DNA of 64,000 nucleotides. Origin: an uncultured Mycoplasmatota bacterium (GTDB taxonomy: Bacteria > Bacillota_I > Bacilli_A > RF39 > UBA660). The position numbers and the translations under genes are program-made. Location of the stretch: the NCBI GenBank assembly GCA_900551455.1, contig URVV01000003.1:13097-77096 (forward strand), given 5' to 3'. Each line of letters starts with the position of its first letter. The stretch's first letter is position 1. A model generated the notes under the pieces. The model did not search any database. It saw only the letters and a program-made list of their open reading frames with translations, and was not told where the DNA came from. Positions 1-9,813 of this stretch are shown piece after piece.

Positions 1-1034
1 AAGAGAAATAGTCCTTGTTTATCTTGAGGGTTGTAATAGTCAATATTAAATAGTTTTATACCATATTGTAGGAGATTATTTACTACTAAATTTAGGTAGG
101 CATTTAAGGTATTGTTATTTAATGGTAGAAAACTTAAGTTATTTTTGTTTGTTTTGAGATATTTAGCTAATTCATTATACCAAGGATCAACGGGGGTTAT
201 TGGAAGTTCTGGGTTAATAGTTAATCCAAATTTTTGAGTTTTACTTTTAAAATAGGCATTTAGGATGTTTAGATCAAATAGGCTTCGGTTAAAGGTAAAA
301 CTTTCTGTTGATGAATGCCATTTATTTCCTAAAAGGAATACAGATATTGGGATATGATTATCATTAAATTTTTTTAGTATTAAATCGATATCATACATAT
401 TATATATATCATTTTTATACCACCAGGACCCTAGAGCATATCTTGGAATCATTGGAGGATATCCGGTTAGAGAAAAATAATCTTGAAGGCATAATCCTAA
501 GTCTGAACGATATACGAAAAGATATAGGTCAGTAGTTTCTTCTCTATTATTAAAGTTTTCATTATCAATTACTAGATTTTTAGAGTCATCTAAAACGGTA
601 AAGCCATCAAAGGAATATAGGCCTTTATTTAGTTTTAATTTGGTGCTATCTAAATTGTCTAGAGAATATGATAGACTTCCAAGATTACGAATTTCTTTGT
701 TATTTGGAGTCCATTCACGATCTGTACCGTTTATTAATACTTTGATGTTATTACCACTAATAGGGTTACCTTTAATATATGTTAATGTAAAATATTCGGT
801 GGTAATAGTTAATGCAACATCAGTTTCAGTATGGGTAAAGGTAGTATCTCCAAGATTTCTTGATACTACTAATGAGGTGGCTCGATCTTCAAAGAAATTG
901 TTTTTATTATATTCAATTCTTATTAACCTTGGACTTAAAACTTCAAAACGATAATGGGTTCCAATTATGATGTTTTTTGATGGTGGTTTTAAGTTGGTTA
1001 CATTTTTAACAAAATATGAACAAAGATTAGCCAT
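1..1034 (-). CDS. Glycoside hydrolase family 31 (alpha-glucosidase/alpha-xylosidase-like), N-terminal part; ORF runs off the left edge
   Basis: Own translation from ATG at 1034: MANLCSYFVKNVTNLKPPSKNIIIGTHYRFEVLSPRLIRIEYNKNNFFEDRATSLVVSRNLGDTT... Later comes ...YFSLTGYPPMIPRYALGSWWYKND..., the G-x-P-P-x-x-P-x-[WY]-A-L-G segment typical of GH31. Stretches I translated contain no stops. It is absent from the ORF track because it is open-ended. Confidence 0.6.
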   Translation of the reverse strand, partial: MANLCSYFVKNVTNLKPPSKNIIIGTHYRFEVLSPRLIRIEYNKNNFFEDRATSLVVSRNLGDTTFTHTETDVALTITTEYFTLTYIKGNPISGNNIKVLINGTDREWTPNNKEIRNLGSLSYSLDNLDSTKLKLNKGLYSFDGFTVLDDSKNLVIDNENFNNREETTDLYLFVYRSDLGLCLQDYFSLTGYPPMIPRYALGSWWYKNDIYNMYDIDLILKKFNDNHIPISVFLLGNKWHSSTESFTFNRSLFDLNILNAYFKSKTQKFGLTINPELPITPVDPWYNELAKYLKTNKNNLSFLPLNNNTLNAYLNLVVNNLLQYGIKLFNIDYYNPQDKQGLFL

Positions 1035-1120
1035 ATTACATCACCCTTTACTCTTATTTTTATTATATCATAAGTTATAGGAAAATGAAAGAATTAGTTA
1101 TAGAACTTTACTTTAAATAA

Positions 1121-1148
1121 AATAGACTTCAACCAGGAAGTCTATTTT
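1121..1148 (-). terminator. Rho-independent terminator after the sipW operon
   Basis: Hairpin ATAGACTTC-aaccag-GAAGTCTAT sits directly after the stop at 1158 and is flanked by A/T runs. Confidence 0.55.
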
Positions 1149-1157
1149 AAGTATTTA

Positions 1158-3425
1158 TTATTTAATAACAATTCTTGTTGTGATATATTCGTTATTAATA
1201 TCACTGGTAGCAGCGTAATTATAGATTGTAGAGTTATTTTGATTAGCAATGCCTCCACGGATAAACCAATTATTAGTATCGTCAATAAAGGTATTTTTTC
1301 CATTTGACCAGATGTTTTTATCTAATGATAATTCTTTTGTGGCATCTCCTAAAATGAAGGTATTGTCATAATATAAATCATAATCATTATTACTTATAGG
1401 AATATTTTTAAAGTGAGTGTTATTAAGGTTTAAGGCATTATTTTGATCTGCTTTGTTGGCCATTGTGAACTCTGCTGCTCCACCTGCCATATCATATACT
1501 CCGGTAGGATTAGCAGTGGTTGTGTCTTGGGGATTGTTTCCGGAAATATAGGTGTTATTAGGGTTTATTTCACTACATTTATTATTTTTACAAACTCCAT
1601 ACTTACTGTGTGATAGGTATGTAATAGCTCCCCATTCGGTATTTTTTATTAGATGATAATTGTTGGTGCCGAGTTTTTTTATTGCTTGATAGTAATTTGA
1701 TAAGTAGTTATTAGTCCAAATATAATTACCCCTTTTGCTTTCAATTGGTAAATCTGTTGTTAGGCAACCAGTAGTAGTATCTTTATTACAAGTATTTGAA
1801 TTTGTTGATATTTCATATTTACTTACCCATAATCCGGTAACTGGGCCATCAATGGTAGTAAAAGCTGGATGTGTATAGTATTTTAAATTGTCATTTTTAG
1901 TTACTTTAGTTATTAATAATTCATCAGAATAGCAGTTATTGTTTTTACAATATATAACTCCGGATGAGGTTGTACTCTTTTCAAATACAATATCTATTCC
2001 CTTATTGTATGCATCATATGCATCAATATTATTTTCACCAGTTACATTCCATAATTTATATTTAAATCTAGGAATCCATACGTAAGTCATAGCAATATCT
2101 TCGTCTTTTATGATACTGCCAATTGATAGTGATTGATAATACTCTTTTTTGGTCATTGGGATAAAATTGTTATAACCGCAGACAAGATTATCATATATAA
2201 TGTTAATGCTTGTTTTGTAGTTTGTATTTATTTCACTATCGGATAATATATCGCTGTATAGGTAAATGTCTCCGATGGTAATATTAGAAATATCTTCGAA
2301 TGTTTCATTGGTACCAAATTTAATGGATGCTTGAGAGTTAATGTTTCCGGTTATGGTGGCAGTTTGAAGTTTTAGACCGTTGAGATAGAAATTTACTTTA
2401 TTTCCATCATAAGTATAACCAATTATATATGTTTTATCAGACTCTAAATTATATACAGAAGATGAAGCAATGTTTTGGTTAACTTTAAAGATAAATTTAT
2501 GATTTTGATTGTCGTAATAATAACTCATTTTTCCGTTTGATAGAAAATATATTTTATCTTTAGTTAAATCATTTATTTTAACTCTGATGATACTGCTAAT
2601 TTGATTGTTTTGGTATTTTAAGCCAGTATCTAAATAGTTATTTTCTATGATAATATTTTCGTTATTGTAATTAATATTGTTTATCTTTATATGATGTTGG
2701 TTAGTAATATCGTAGATGTATTTTTCATTATTTTTTATTGTTACACTATTAGCCCAGATACTTGCTTCATAGTTATACCAGCGATATTTAGAAACGGTGT
2801 TGCTATTGTCAGCTTTTCTCCAGGTATTACTTTCTTCATCATAATATACAGGGATCATATCATCTTTTAAAGATGGATGGTTAGCTCCACTGGCATCTAA
2901 GGTCTTGTATATAGCAGAGCCACTAGTTACTACTTTGGCATTAAATGTTTTTCCTAGTTCTATATTAGGTGTATTATTATCTAGCCAAATATTAATTTTA
3001 AAGCTTAACTCTTCACCTGGATAAATTATTACATTAGTAGCAATAATATTATTTGTTTGATATAGGGTGTGAGGTAGGTTATTGTTTACTTTTACTTTGA
3101 TATATTTTGAATTTATAGAGTTTTCTTCGGTATCTGATAACATTTTTAAATCGAATAGATAAGTTAATGATCCAGTATTTTTTATTTTAAGGTTGTATGA
3201 AGTTGTATTTACTCCTTCGCTATCATTTACGGGAAAGGCATTTTCTAATTTAATTGGTTTATCTTCAGTAAAGGCTAAATCGAGGTTACCAGTGTTATAG
3301 TTGAAGGTATTTGTAACATCTGATTTTAAAAATAAAGAATAAGTGGTACCACTTAATGATACGATTACGAATAAAACTGCTAAAGCCATAATATAGTTTT
3401 TCTTAGTTTCTACGAAATTTATCAT
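1158..3425 (-). CDS. Large secreted protein with SipW-cognate (TasA/camelysin-type) signal, LamG-like jelly-roll and C-terminal FGE-sulfatase (SUMF1)-like domain
   Basis: N-terminus ALAVLFVIVSLSGTTYSLFLKSDVTNTFNYNTGNLDLAF fits the TasA/camelysin signal pattern. IYLYSDILSDSEINTNY resembles the end of a LamG/laminin_G_3 domain. NTEWGAITYLSHS...GVYDMAGGAAEF...FIRGG resembles FGE-sulfatase motifs. It lies in the same operon as sipW. Confidence 0.6.
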   Translation of the reverse strand: MINFVETKKNYIMALAVLFVIVSLSGTTYSLFLKSDVTNTFNYNTGNLDLAFTEDKPIKLENAFPVNDSEGVNTTSYNLKIKNTGSLTYLFDLKMLSDTEENSINSKYIKVKVNNNLPHTLYQTNNIIATNVIIYPGEELSFKINIWLDNNTPNIELGKTFNAKVVTSGSAIYKTLDASGANHPSLKDDMIPVYYDEESNTWRKADNSNTVSKYRWYNYEASIWANSVTIKNNEKYIYDITNQHHIKINNINYNNENIIIENNYLDTGLKYQNNQISSIIRVKINDLTKDKIYFLSNGKMSYYYDNQNHKFIFKVNQNIASSSVYNLESDKTYIIGYTYDGNKVNFYLNGLKLQTATITGNINSQASIKFGTNETFEDISNITIGDIYLYSDILSDSEINTNYKTSINIIYDNLVCGYNNFIPMTKKEYYQSLSIGSIIKDEDIAMTYVWIPRFKYKLWNVTGENNIDAYDAYNKGIDIVFEKSTTSSGVIYCKNNNCYSDELLITKVTKNDNLKYYTHPAFTTIDGPVTGLWVSKYEISTNSNTCNKDTTTGCLTTDLPIESKRGNYIWTNNYLSNYYQAIKKLGTNNYHLIKNTEWGAITYLSHSKYGVCKNNKCSEINPNNTYISGNNPQDTTTANPTGVYDMAGGAAEFTMANKADQNNALNLNNTHFKNIPISNNDYDLYYDNTFILGDATKELSLDKNIWSNGKNTFIDDTNNWFIRGGIANQNNSTIYNYAATSDINNEYITTRIVIK

Positions 3426-3461
3426 TAAATCACCTCTTATTCTTAAAATCTATTTTTTTAT

Positions 3462-5126
3462 TTATTCTTCTGTCCAAGCATAAATACGAATCGTTCCATA
3501 AAAATATTTATCTTGCATAGAATTAGGAATTGTTTCATAATCTGTCCATAACATTAATCTAACGTTAATTGTATCAAATGGTTCAATTGTATCTTCTATT
3601 AAAATATAGTTGGTATTTGTTAAAGATAGTTTTTCTGATAGTTTATCTTTTCTCCAAATTTTATTGTCTAATTTTTGTGGTTCGTAATATTTTTCTTTTA
3701 TTTGTAGTTGATATCTTATATATTTTACTTCAAGGTTTGTTTTAGGAGATTGTTCAATAACAATACGATATTTTAATGCTTTATCACTATTGTTGGTTAC
3801 AGTAAATTCATTGTCTTCTTGATCATCATTAACTAAATCTTTTATTTTTCCGTCTGAGTCTACAACAACGCCAGATGAAGGAACAATGGCAATATAGTCT
3901 TTAGTTTCAATGATTGCAGTATCTTCGAAGATTTGAAGATGTTCTCCTTCAATAGTAGATTCTCTTGTTAAATTTTCCTTTCTTTTTTCAATGTCTTTTA
4001 TTTGTTTATTATTGTTATATTTTATATTACTATTTTCGCTAATATAGAATGTTTTATTATTTTCTTTGATAGTTGCACCACCGTTGGTGTAATAAATAAT
4101 ACTATCATCATTTAGATGATTAGCAATGGTTACATATATATTATCAACAATTTCAAAGATTTTATTATCTTTTATAATGATACTGTTGCTTTTTCTAACA
4201 CTTAGAGTTTTGCTACCGTCTCTAATAATGGCACCACCATCTTTATAATAATCTATTATTTTACCATCATCCATTTTTTTGCTAGTAAGAATTTCCATAG
4301 CATTATTATTTTTAAAGGTTACATCATTTTTTGTTATATTTAAGTCTTTTTCATTTCTTACAAGGTATCTTTTATTGTTTTTTATTATTTCTATAGTACC
4401 ATCATAGTAGTAATTTAATTTTATTTTATCGATTTCTTTTGTTTCTTTAAGGTATGAGACTTTGTTGCTAGAAATATAATCTTCTTTTATATCTTTAGCA
4501 TCTCTTACAAACATATTCATTTTTGAAGCAGTTATTTCGGCGGATCCATCTGAGAAGTATGAAACTGTTCCCCAAGGATATTTTTTGGTATTGATTAAAG
4601 AGATACTACTGGTTTTAGCTAAAGTGTTTATTACGCCATATTCATCAATAGCATATTCGCCATTTTCTAGGGGATTGATACGAATAATTGAATTATCTTT
4701 TTTGTTAATCATTAGGGCTGTTTTATCACTATAGAATTTGACTGTATATTCTTCGGCATTTACTACTTTTACAACTAATACTTCTCCGGATGATTTAAAT
4801 TTATTATTATTTTTAAATCGGTTTTTAGCATCACCTTCAGTAAATGAGCGATCTCCAGCACTTACATTTGAGGTATAGTCAGTTAAAGTGGTAGATAATG
4901 ATGAGTTTTCTATTACTGGGGTTTTATTTTCATAGATATTTTTTACAAAGATAAAAAGACTAATTATAATGACAGTTAAGGAAATGATTAGGGCTGTTAT
5001 AAATAATAATAAGCGATATTTTCTTAGAAAAAGAGTAAGTGATGATTGTTTTTCTTCAAGAACTATTTTCTCTTCTTTTTTATTTAATTCAACAACTTCT
5101 AATTTTTTCTTTGCCATATAAATCAT
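3462..5126 (-). CDS. Membrane-anchored repeat protein with a C-terminal TasA-like domain (hypothetical)
   Basis: One N-terminal TM segment (LLLFITALIISLTVIIISLFIFV). At least four Y-[YF]-x-[DN]-G-x-[AI]-x-I repeats (YFSDGSAEI, YYYDGTIEI, YYKDGGAII, YYTNGGATI). The C-terminal segment FTVTNNSDKALKYRIVIE...RLMLWTDY resembles a segment of the 755-aa neighbour. Confidence 0.5.
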   Translation of the reverse strand: MIYMAKKKLEVVELNKKEEKIVLEEKQSSLTLFLRKYRLLLFITALIISLTVIIISLFIFVKNIYENKTPVIENSSLSTTLTDYTSNVSAGDRSFTEGDAKNRFKNNNKFKSSGEVLVVKVVNAEEYTVKFYSDKTALMINKKDNSIIRINPLENGEYAIDEYGVINTLAKTSSISLINTKKYPWGTVSYFSDGSAEITASKMNMFVRDAKDIKEDYISSNKVSYLKETKEIDKIKLNYYYDGTIEIIKNNKRYLVRNEKDLNITKNDVTFKNNNAMEILTSKKMDDGKIIDYYKDGGAIIRDGSKTLSVRKSNSIIIKDNKIFEIVDNIYVTIANHLNDDSIIYYTNGGATIKENNKTFYISENSNIKYNNNKQIKDIEKRKENLTRESTIEGEHLQIFEDTAIIETKDYIAIVPSSGVVVDSDGKIKDLVNDDQEDNEFTVTNNSDKALKYRIVIEQSPKTNLEVKYIRYQLQIKEKYYEPQKLDNKIWRKDKLSEKLSLTNTNYILIEDTIEPFDTINVRLMLWTDYETIPNSMQDKYFYGTIRIYAWTEE

Positions 5127-5128
5127 TC

Positions 5129-5785
5129 CTACTCTTTTATTATTTTTGTTTTTTTACCAAATTTTTTAAATACTTTCATTATGTCATAAGATAATATAAT
5201 TAAACAAGGGATTAGAACAACAATTATTAATCCGCCTTTACTAGATAAGATATCTTGTAGATATCCTAGTTTAGGGATTTTCAGGATTACTTTTCCTAGG
5301 ACATTGCTATTTGGTACTAAGACACTGTCAGCAACGTTGTTATAGTCTCCTTTAGTACGATAACTATAACTTCCTAAGGAATCATCGTAGTATTTTTCTC
5401 TTATACGGTGGGTAACGGAGATTCCTCCGAATCTTGGATCTGGAGAAATAAAAGTAATAATGTCTCCGACTTTTAATTCTTCTTCAGGAACTTTTTTTGT
5501 AACAACGATATCTTTTATTTGAATTGTTGGTAACATACTTCCTGATAGGACAACATAGGCGTTAAAAACTGGAGCTGAATAGTCTCCTTTTGCTGCTCTT
5601 ATTTTGATGTCTGCAACATATAGTAATAGGGTTCCTCCGATAAGTAGCAAGAAGATAAAAATAGCATATGATAAGACACTAACAGCGTATTTTAGTGGCT
5701 TTTCTTTGGCTTTAATTATTTTAACGTTATAATGCTTTACTCCAAAAATATCGTTGATACTTGTTGATTCAATGTTTGTGGTCAT
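5129..5785 (-). CDS. sipW: Signal peptidase I, SipW / archaeal-ER type (S26B)
   Basis: N- and C-terminal TM segments. The catalytic Ser box VLSGSMLPTIQIKDIVV and THRI region are typical of SipW-type peptidases. It heads an operon whose last gene has a TasA-type signal. Confidence 0.75.
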   Translation of the reverse strand: MTTNIESTSINDIFGVKHYNVKIIKAKEKPLKYAVSVLSYAIFIFLLLIGGTLLLYVADIKIRAAKGDYSAPVFNAYVVLSGSMLPTIQIKDIVVTKKVPEEELKVGDIITFISPDPRFGGISVTHRIREKYYDDSLGSYSYRTKGDYNNVADSVLVPNSNVLGKVILKIPKLGYLQDILSSKGGLIIVVLIPCLIILSYDIMKVFKKFGKKTKIIKE

Positions 5786-5872
5786 ATTAAAAACACTCCC
5801 TTATTTTTATATGTTAATTATACCCTATTTTTTGAAAAAAGACAATATAAATTTTGGTAAAAAAAATAATAT

Positions 5873-6685
5873 TTAAATGAGATTAAATATTATTCCACAA
5901 ATACTAGAAATTAAAATTAGGGTCAGGAGAATTAGAAGGTTTTCTTTTAAGTTTTTATTCTGTTTGAATAATACTAATAGTCCTACTCCAGAACTTGATA
6001 AGAGTCCTGATATACAGCTTCCGAAAGTTATTACTTTACTTAGGTATAATTCAGTAATAATAATGCTAGAGGCACAATTAGGAATTAAACCTATTATTGA
6101 GGTAATAATTGGAGTTAGAATTTTATTAGTTTTAATAAAGTTTATAACGGCATTTCGGTCAAGTAAAATGTTTATAAAGATATTTACTAGAAGGATAAAA
6201 GCGGTTATCTTTAAAGTGTGAATGATACTGGAAACAAAAATGCCTTTTTCGCAATGACAATGTTCTTCTTGACATAATTCTTTTATTTCGTTTTTAGTTT
6301 TTTGGCGATAGATTAAGTCTATAATAATACCAAAGGTTAATCCTAAAGAAAATTTAGTTATTAGTAATTCAAAAATGGTTTTTGGACTTGCTTGATTAGT
6401 AATTAGAATGGGAATCATTTCATCAGATGTTGATAAATAAATTGAAAAAAGTGTACCTAAAGTAATAACGTTAGCGGTATATAGATTGGATGCTAAAGCG
6501 GAAAATCCACATTGAGGAATGATACCTAGAGTGGCTCCAAGTAGTGGGCCGTATTTATTTACTTTGGTTAATTTTTCTTTACTATTTATTTTATGTTCAA
6601 TTAATTCCATTATCAAAAATGAAATGAATAAAAAGGGAATTAGTTTTAATGAATCTAAAATGGCATCTAATATTTTATCTATCAT
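5873..6685 (-). CDS. Polytopic membrane protein, ArsP_2-like (putative 10-TM metal exporter family)
   Basis: About 8-10 hydrophobic segments. It has the GIIPQCGFS and GLIPNCASS motif pair plus a central HCHCE cluster, as I recall for PF11449-type proteins. Confidence 0.5.
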   Translation of the reverse strand: MIDKILDAILDSLKLIPFLFISFLIMELIEHKINSKEKLTKVNKYGPLLGATLGIIPQCGFSALASNLYTANVITLGTLFSIYLSTSDEMIPILITNQASPKTIFELLITKFSLGLTFGIIIDLIYRQKTKNEIKELCQEEHCHCEKGIFVSSIIHTLKITAFILLVNIFINILLDRNAVINFIKTNKILTPIITSIIGLIPNCASSIIITELYLSKVITFGSCISGLLSSSGVGLLVLFKQNKNLKENLLILLTLILISSICGIIFNLI

Positions 6686-6767
6686 TTTGGTCCTTCTTTC
6701 TTAGGTAATTCGTGTGTATTATACTATAAGTTTGATGTTTTGTAAATATTAATGAAAAAAAGAAAAA

Positions 6768-6787
6768 GAATAGAAATTAATCTATTC
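6768..6787 (-). terminator. Rho-independent terminator of the SASP gene
   Basis: GAATAGA-aattaa-TCTATTC is followed on the minus strand by a long T run. Confidence 0.55.
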
Positions 6788-6805
6788 CTTAATTACTTAA
6801 ATTAC

Positions 6806-7012
6806 TTATTTGTTTTGAGTGTATGAACCACTTAATTGACCTTGTCCTAATTTAACTAATCTCTTAGTGATTTCGCCACCAACTGATCCATTAGCTCTTG
6901 AAGTTGCATCTGGTCCTAAGTTAACACCAAATTCGTTAGCTATTTCATATTTCATTCTTTCGATAGCTTGTTTAGCTCCTGGAACAACTAGTTTATTTGA
7001 ATTTGTATTCAT
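6806..7012 (-). CDS. Small acid-soluble spore protein, alpha/beta type
   Basis: [24 protein letters not shown]...[12 protein letters not shown] matches both conserved alpha/beta-SASP blocks. Confidence 0.9.
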   Translation of the reverse strand: MNTNSNKLVVPGAKQAIERMKYEIANEFGVNLGPDATSRANGSVGGEITKRLVKLGQGQLSGSYTQNK

Positions 7013-7094
7013 TATTTCACCTCCTACAGTAATAGGTTGTGAAATAATAGAAATTTAATACTGTTTTTTGTCTGGTAATTTTTTCAAGCGTTTT

Positions 7095-8276
7095 TTATAG
7101 TTCGGCAAATTTATTTAAATCATTATTAATAGTAATTGTTTCTTTATTTAAAACGGCTTCATTTATTAACTCTTCATAATTAAATTTTTTTTCATATTCG
7201 ATTGACTTACTTAAAGTAGGATTAATAACTGGATGTTTAGGAAGAAAAATAGTACAGCAATCTTCATATGGTAGAATTGATGTTTCATATGTATCTATTT
7301 TTTTAGCAAGATCAATTATTTCTAATTTATCAAGGCACGCTACTGGTCTTATAACAGGAAGGTTTGTAACGTTATTAATTACTTGCATACTGGTAAGGGT
7401 TTGACTGGCCACTTGCCCTACTGATTCACCATTAATTAAAACTAGGCATTCTCTTTCTTTTAAAACTTTTTCGGAGATTCGATACATCATTCTTCGCATA
7501 ATGGTTATCATATATGTAGGATCTATATTTTTATAAATTGCTTCTTGAATTTCAGTAAAATTAATAACATGGAGTTTTATACTTGGTTGGTATTTATTTA
7601 GTTTTGTTATTAGGGTTTTTACTTTGTTTTTAGCAGCAATACTAGTATGTGGTGGTGATTCAAAGTAAATGCACTCTAATTTAATTCCTCTTTTTAGGGC
7701 AAGATATCCAGCTACGGGAGAATCAATACCACCAGACAACATTAATAATCCTTTACCAGCTATTCCGACAGGATATCCTCCTAGAGCTTTTATCTCTTTG
7801 GAATAGATATATGTATAATCACTACGTATTTCGATTTTTAATAAATATTCTGGATTATGAACATCTACTTTTTTATCAGGAATATTTTTTAAGATAAGAG
7901 CACCGATTTCTTTAGAAAAATCCATACTGGAAATGGGAAAGGATTTGTCTGCCCTATCTGTTTCTACTTTAAAGGTATTAAACTTAACAGTTGATGCTAT
8001 TTTTATAATATTTTCTTTTATTTCCTCAATATTAGTGTTTACTTTATATGCTAAAACTATACTGTGAATGCCAAAGATATTTTTAACGATATTAATAACT
8101 TCTTCTTCTCTATTATCATTTACTGTAATAAACATTCTAACACGATTTTTAACAATATTTATATCATAATCTTTTAATAATAATTTCATATTTTCATAGA
8201 TACGGTTAATAAATAAATTACGATTAGCTTTTTTAGTGGTTAGTTCTCCATATTTTATTAAGATTATTTTTTCCAT
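7095..8276 (-). CDS. thiI: tRNA 4-thiouridine synthase / sulfurtransferase ThiI
   Basis: The N-terminus IKYGELTTKKANRNLF (THUMP region) and the PP-loop LLMLSGGIDSPVA are characteristic of ThiI. The length of 393 aa also fits. Confidence 0.9.
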   Translation of the reverse strand: MEKIILIKYGELTTKKANRNLFINRIYENMKLLLKDYDINIVKNRVRMFITVNDNREEEVINIVKNIFGIHSIVLAYKVNTNIEEIKENIIKIASTVKFNTFKVETDRADKSFPISSMDFSKEIGALILKNIPDKKVDVHNPEYLLKIEIRSDYTYIYSKEIKALGGYPVGIAGKGLLMLSGGIDSPVAGYLALKRGIKLECIYFESPPHTSIAAKNKVKTLITKLNKYQPSIKLHVINFTEIQEAIYKNIDPTYMITIMRRMMYRISEKVLKERECLVLINGESVGQVASQTLTSMQVINNVTNLPVIRPVACLDKLEIIDLAKKIDTYETSILPYEDCCTIFLPKHPVINPTLSKSIEYEKKFNYEELINEAVLNKETITINNDLNKFAEL

Positions 8277-8384
8277 ATTTGCACTTCCTTTTTAATAAAA
8301 TGTTACTTGTTAATTATAGATAAAATATTTTAGTTAGTCAATTATTTTATTATAAATAATATAAGTCTTGTTAAAAAGCAAGAC

Positions 8385-8891
8385 TTATATTATTGATTTA
8401 TTATAATGTTTAGAATAGATTTTTTTAATTATAAAATAACTTATTGTAGTATAGATGATAGTCATAATTATACTTCTTGATAAGATTAAAAATAAGAGGT
8501 TTATACTATAGGAATTATAATGTGTTAGAAGTAGAATAATATATGTTAAGGTATGATACATTGTAATACTTAAAAGAGATTTTATGTTAATTGTAAATAT
8601 ATTGTTTGGTAGAACGTAATCTAATTGTTTTAAGAGTAGATATATTAATAGAAATAAGATAGTGTTCATTGGAAAGGTATTGGTATAGACAATATCAAAT
8701 AATACTCCTAGAGTAATTGTAATATATAGATATTTACGATAGTTTTCAAAGTAGTGATAGATTATTACTAGGGAAACAATCGAATATATTGTTCTTAAGT
8801 AACTGGGATTTATGATATTAATAGAGATATAGTTTGAAATTAAGCCATCTAGGAGATATGAAGTGATGATATAGATTAATAAGACGGTCAT
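8385..8891 (-). CDS. mreD: Rod shape-determining protein MreD
   Basis: A 168-aa all-hydrophobic protein overlapping the mreC stop by 4 nt, in the canonical position. Confidence 0.65.
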   Translation of the reverse strand: MTVLLIYIITSYLLDGLISNYISINIINPSYLRTIYSIVSLVIIYHYFENYRKYLYITITLGVLFDIVYTNTFPMNTILFLLIYLLLKQLDYVLPNNIFTINIKSLLSITMYHTLTYIILLLTHYNSYSINLLFLILSRSIIMTIIYTTISYFIIKKIYSKHYNKSII

Positions 8892-9739
8892 TTAGTTAAC
8901 TCTTTTCTTTTTAAGATAGCTACATAATTAATATCATCAAAATCGGCAATGGGTTTTACTTCAATTATTTTGGCTAAATCATATTCATCAGTGGTTATTC
9001 TTTCTACTTTTCCTATAAGAATTCCGCTGGGAAATATTTCTCCTAATCCAGATGTATAAACATAATCTCCTATTCCTACATATTCGGTATTACTAACACC
9101 CTCTACTTCTAGATGTTTTGTTTTATAATTATAATCTTTTATTAAACCATTTATTTTTTTACCTTCACTGGCGATAGTTACACTTATTTTGTTAGCTGTA
9201 TCACTGGTAGTTATTAATCTTATTTCACTTGTAAAGGTAGTAGTAGAGACAATTTTGCCTATTAATCCTTGACTATTTACGACGACCATATCCGTAGTTA
9301 CTCCATTATATGTTCCTTTATCAATTGTAATTGTATTATACCAATTAGCTACATTCCTACTGATGACTGTAGCATTTAAAAATTCATACTCGTTAATGGT
9401 ATATGTTATATTTAGTTCTTGCTTTAGGGCTTCAATTTGGCGACGGAGCTCTATGTTTTCAGCATTTAATGATTCAATACGGCTAACTTCTGGTAATAAT
9501 AATTGATATTTTTGACGAATGTTAATTAATAATTTGTAGTCTTCTACTTTATCGATGATGAATTTAAATGGCCAAAAAAGAACTTTTTCAATACTGATGG
9601 TAGTGTCTTTTATAAATGACTCTAGTTTGTTTGGTTGTTTATTATTTTTTAGGGTAAAAGAAAAAATTGCAATTACAACAATTATTAAAATAATTATCGC
9701 AATAAGAATATGCTTAGTTGTTATTTTTTTTCTGTTCAT
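8888..9739 (-). CDS. mreC: Rod shape-determining protein MreC
   Basis: N-terminal TM, a coiled-coil (LNAENIELRRQIEALKQEL), then beta-rich domains with GLIGKIV and GILIGKV motifs typical of MreC. Confidence 0.85.
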   Translation of the reverse strand: MNRKKITTKHILIAIIILIIVVIAIFSFTLKNNKQPNKLESFIKDTTISIEKVLFWPFKFIIDKVEDYKLLINIRQKYQLLLPEVSRIESLNAENIELRRQIEALKQELNITYTINEYEFLNATVISRNVANWYNTITIDKGTYNGVTTDMVVVNSQGLIGKIVSTTTFTSEIRLITTSDTANKISVTIASEGKKINGLIKDYNYKTKHLEVEGVSNTEYVGIGDYVYTSGLGEIFPSGILIGKVERITTDEYDLAKIIEVKPIADFDDINYVAILKRKELTK

Positions 9740-9813
9740 ATGATCACCTTTTCTTTATTATATAATAGATATATTATGATTTAAAGTATATTCTTATTAT
9801 TAGCAATTTAATT

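Noticed and set aside
640-954. 104-aa plus-strand ORF in the track
   Set aside because: It lies entirely antisense inside the GH31 coding region (1-1034, minus). It has no RBS and an odd composition. It is a shadow ORF of AT-rich coding DNA.
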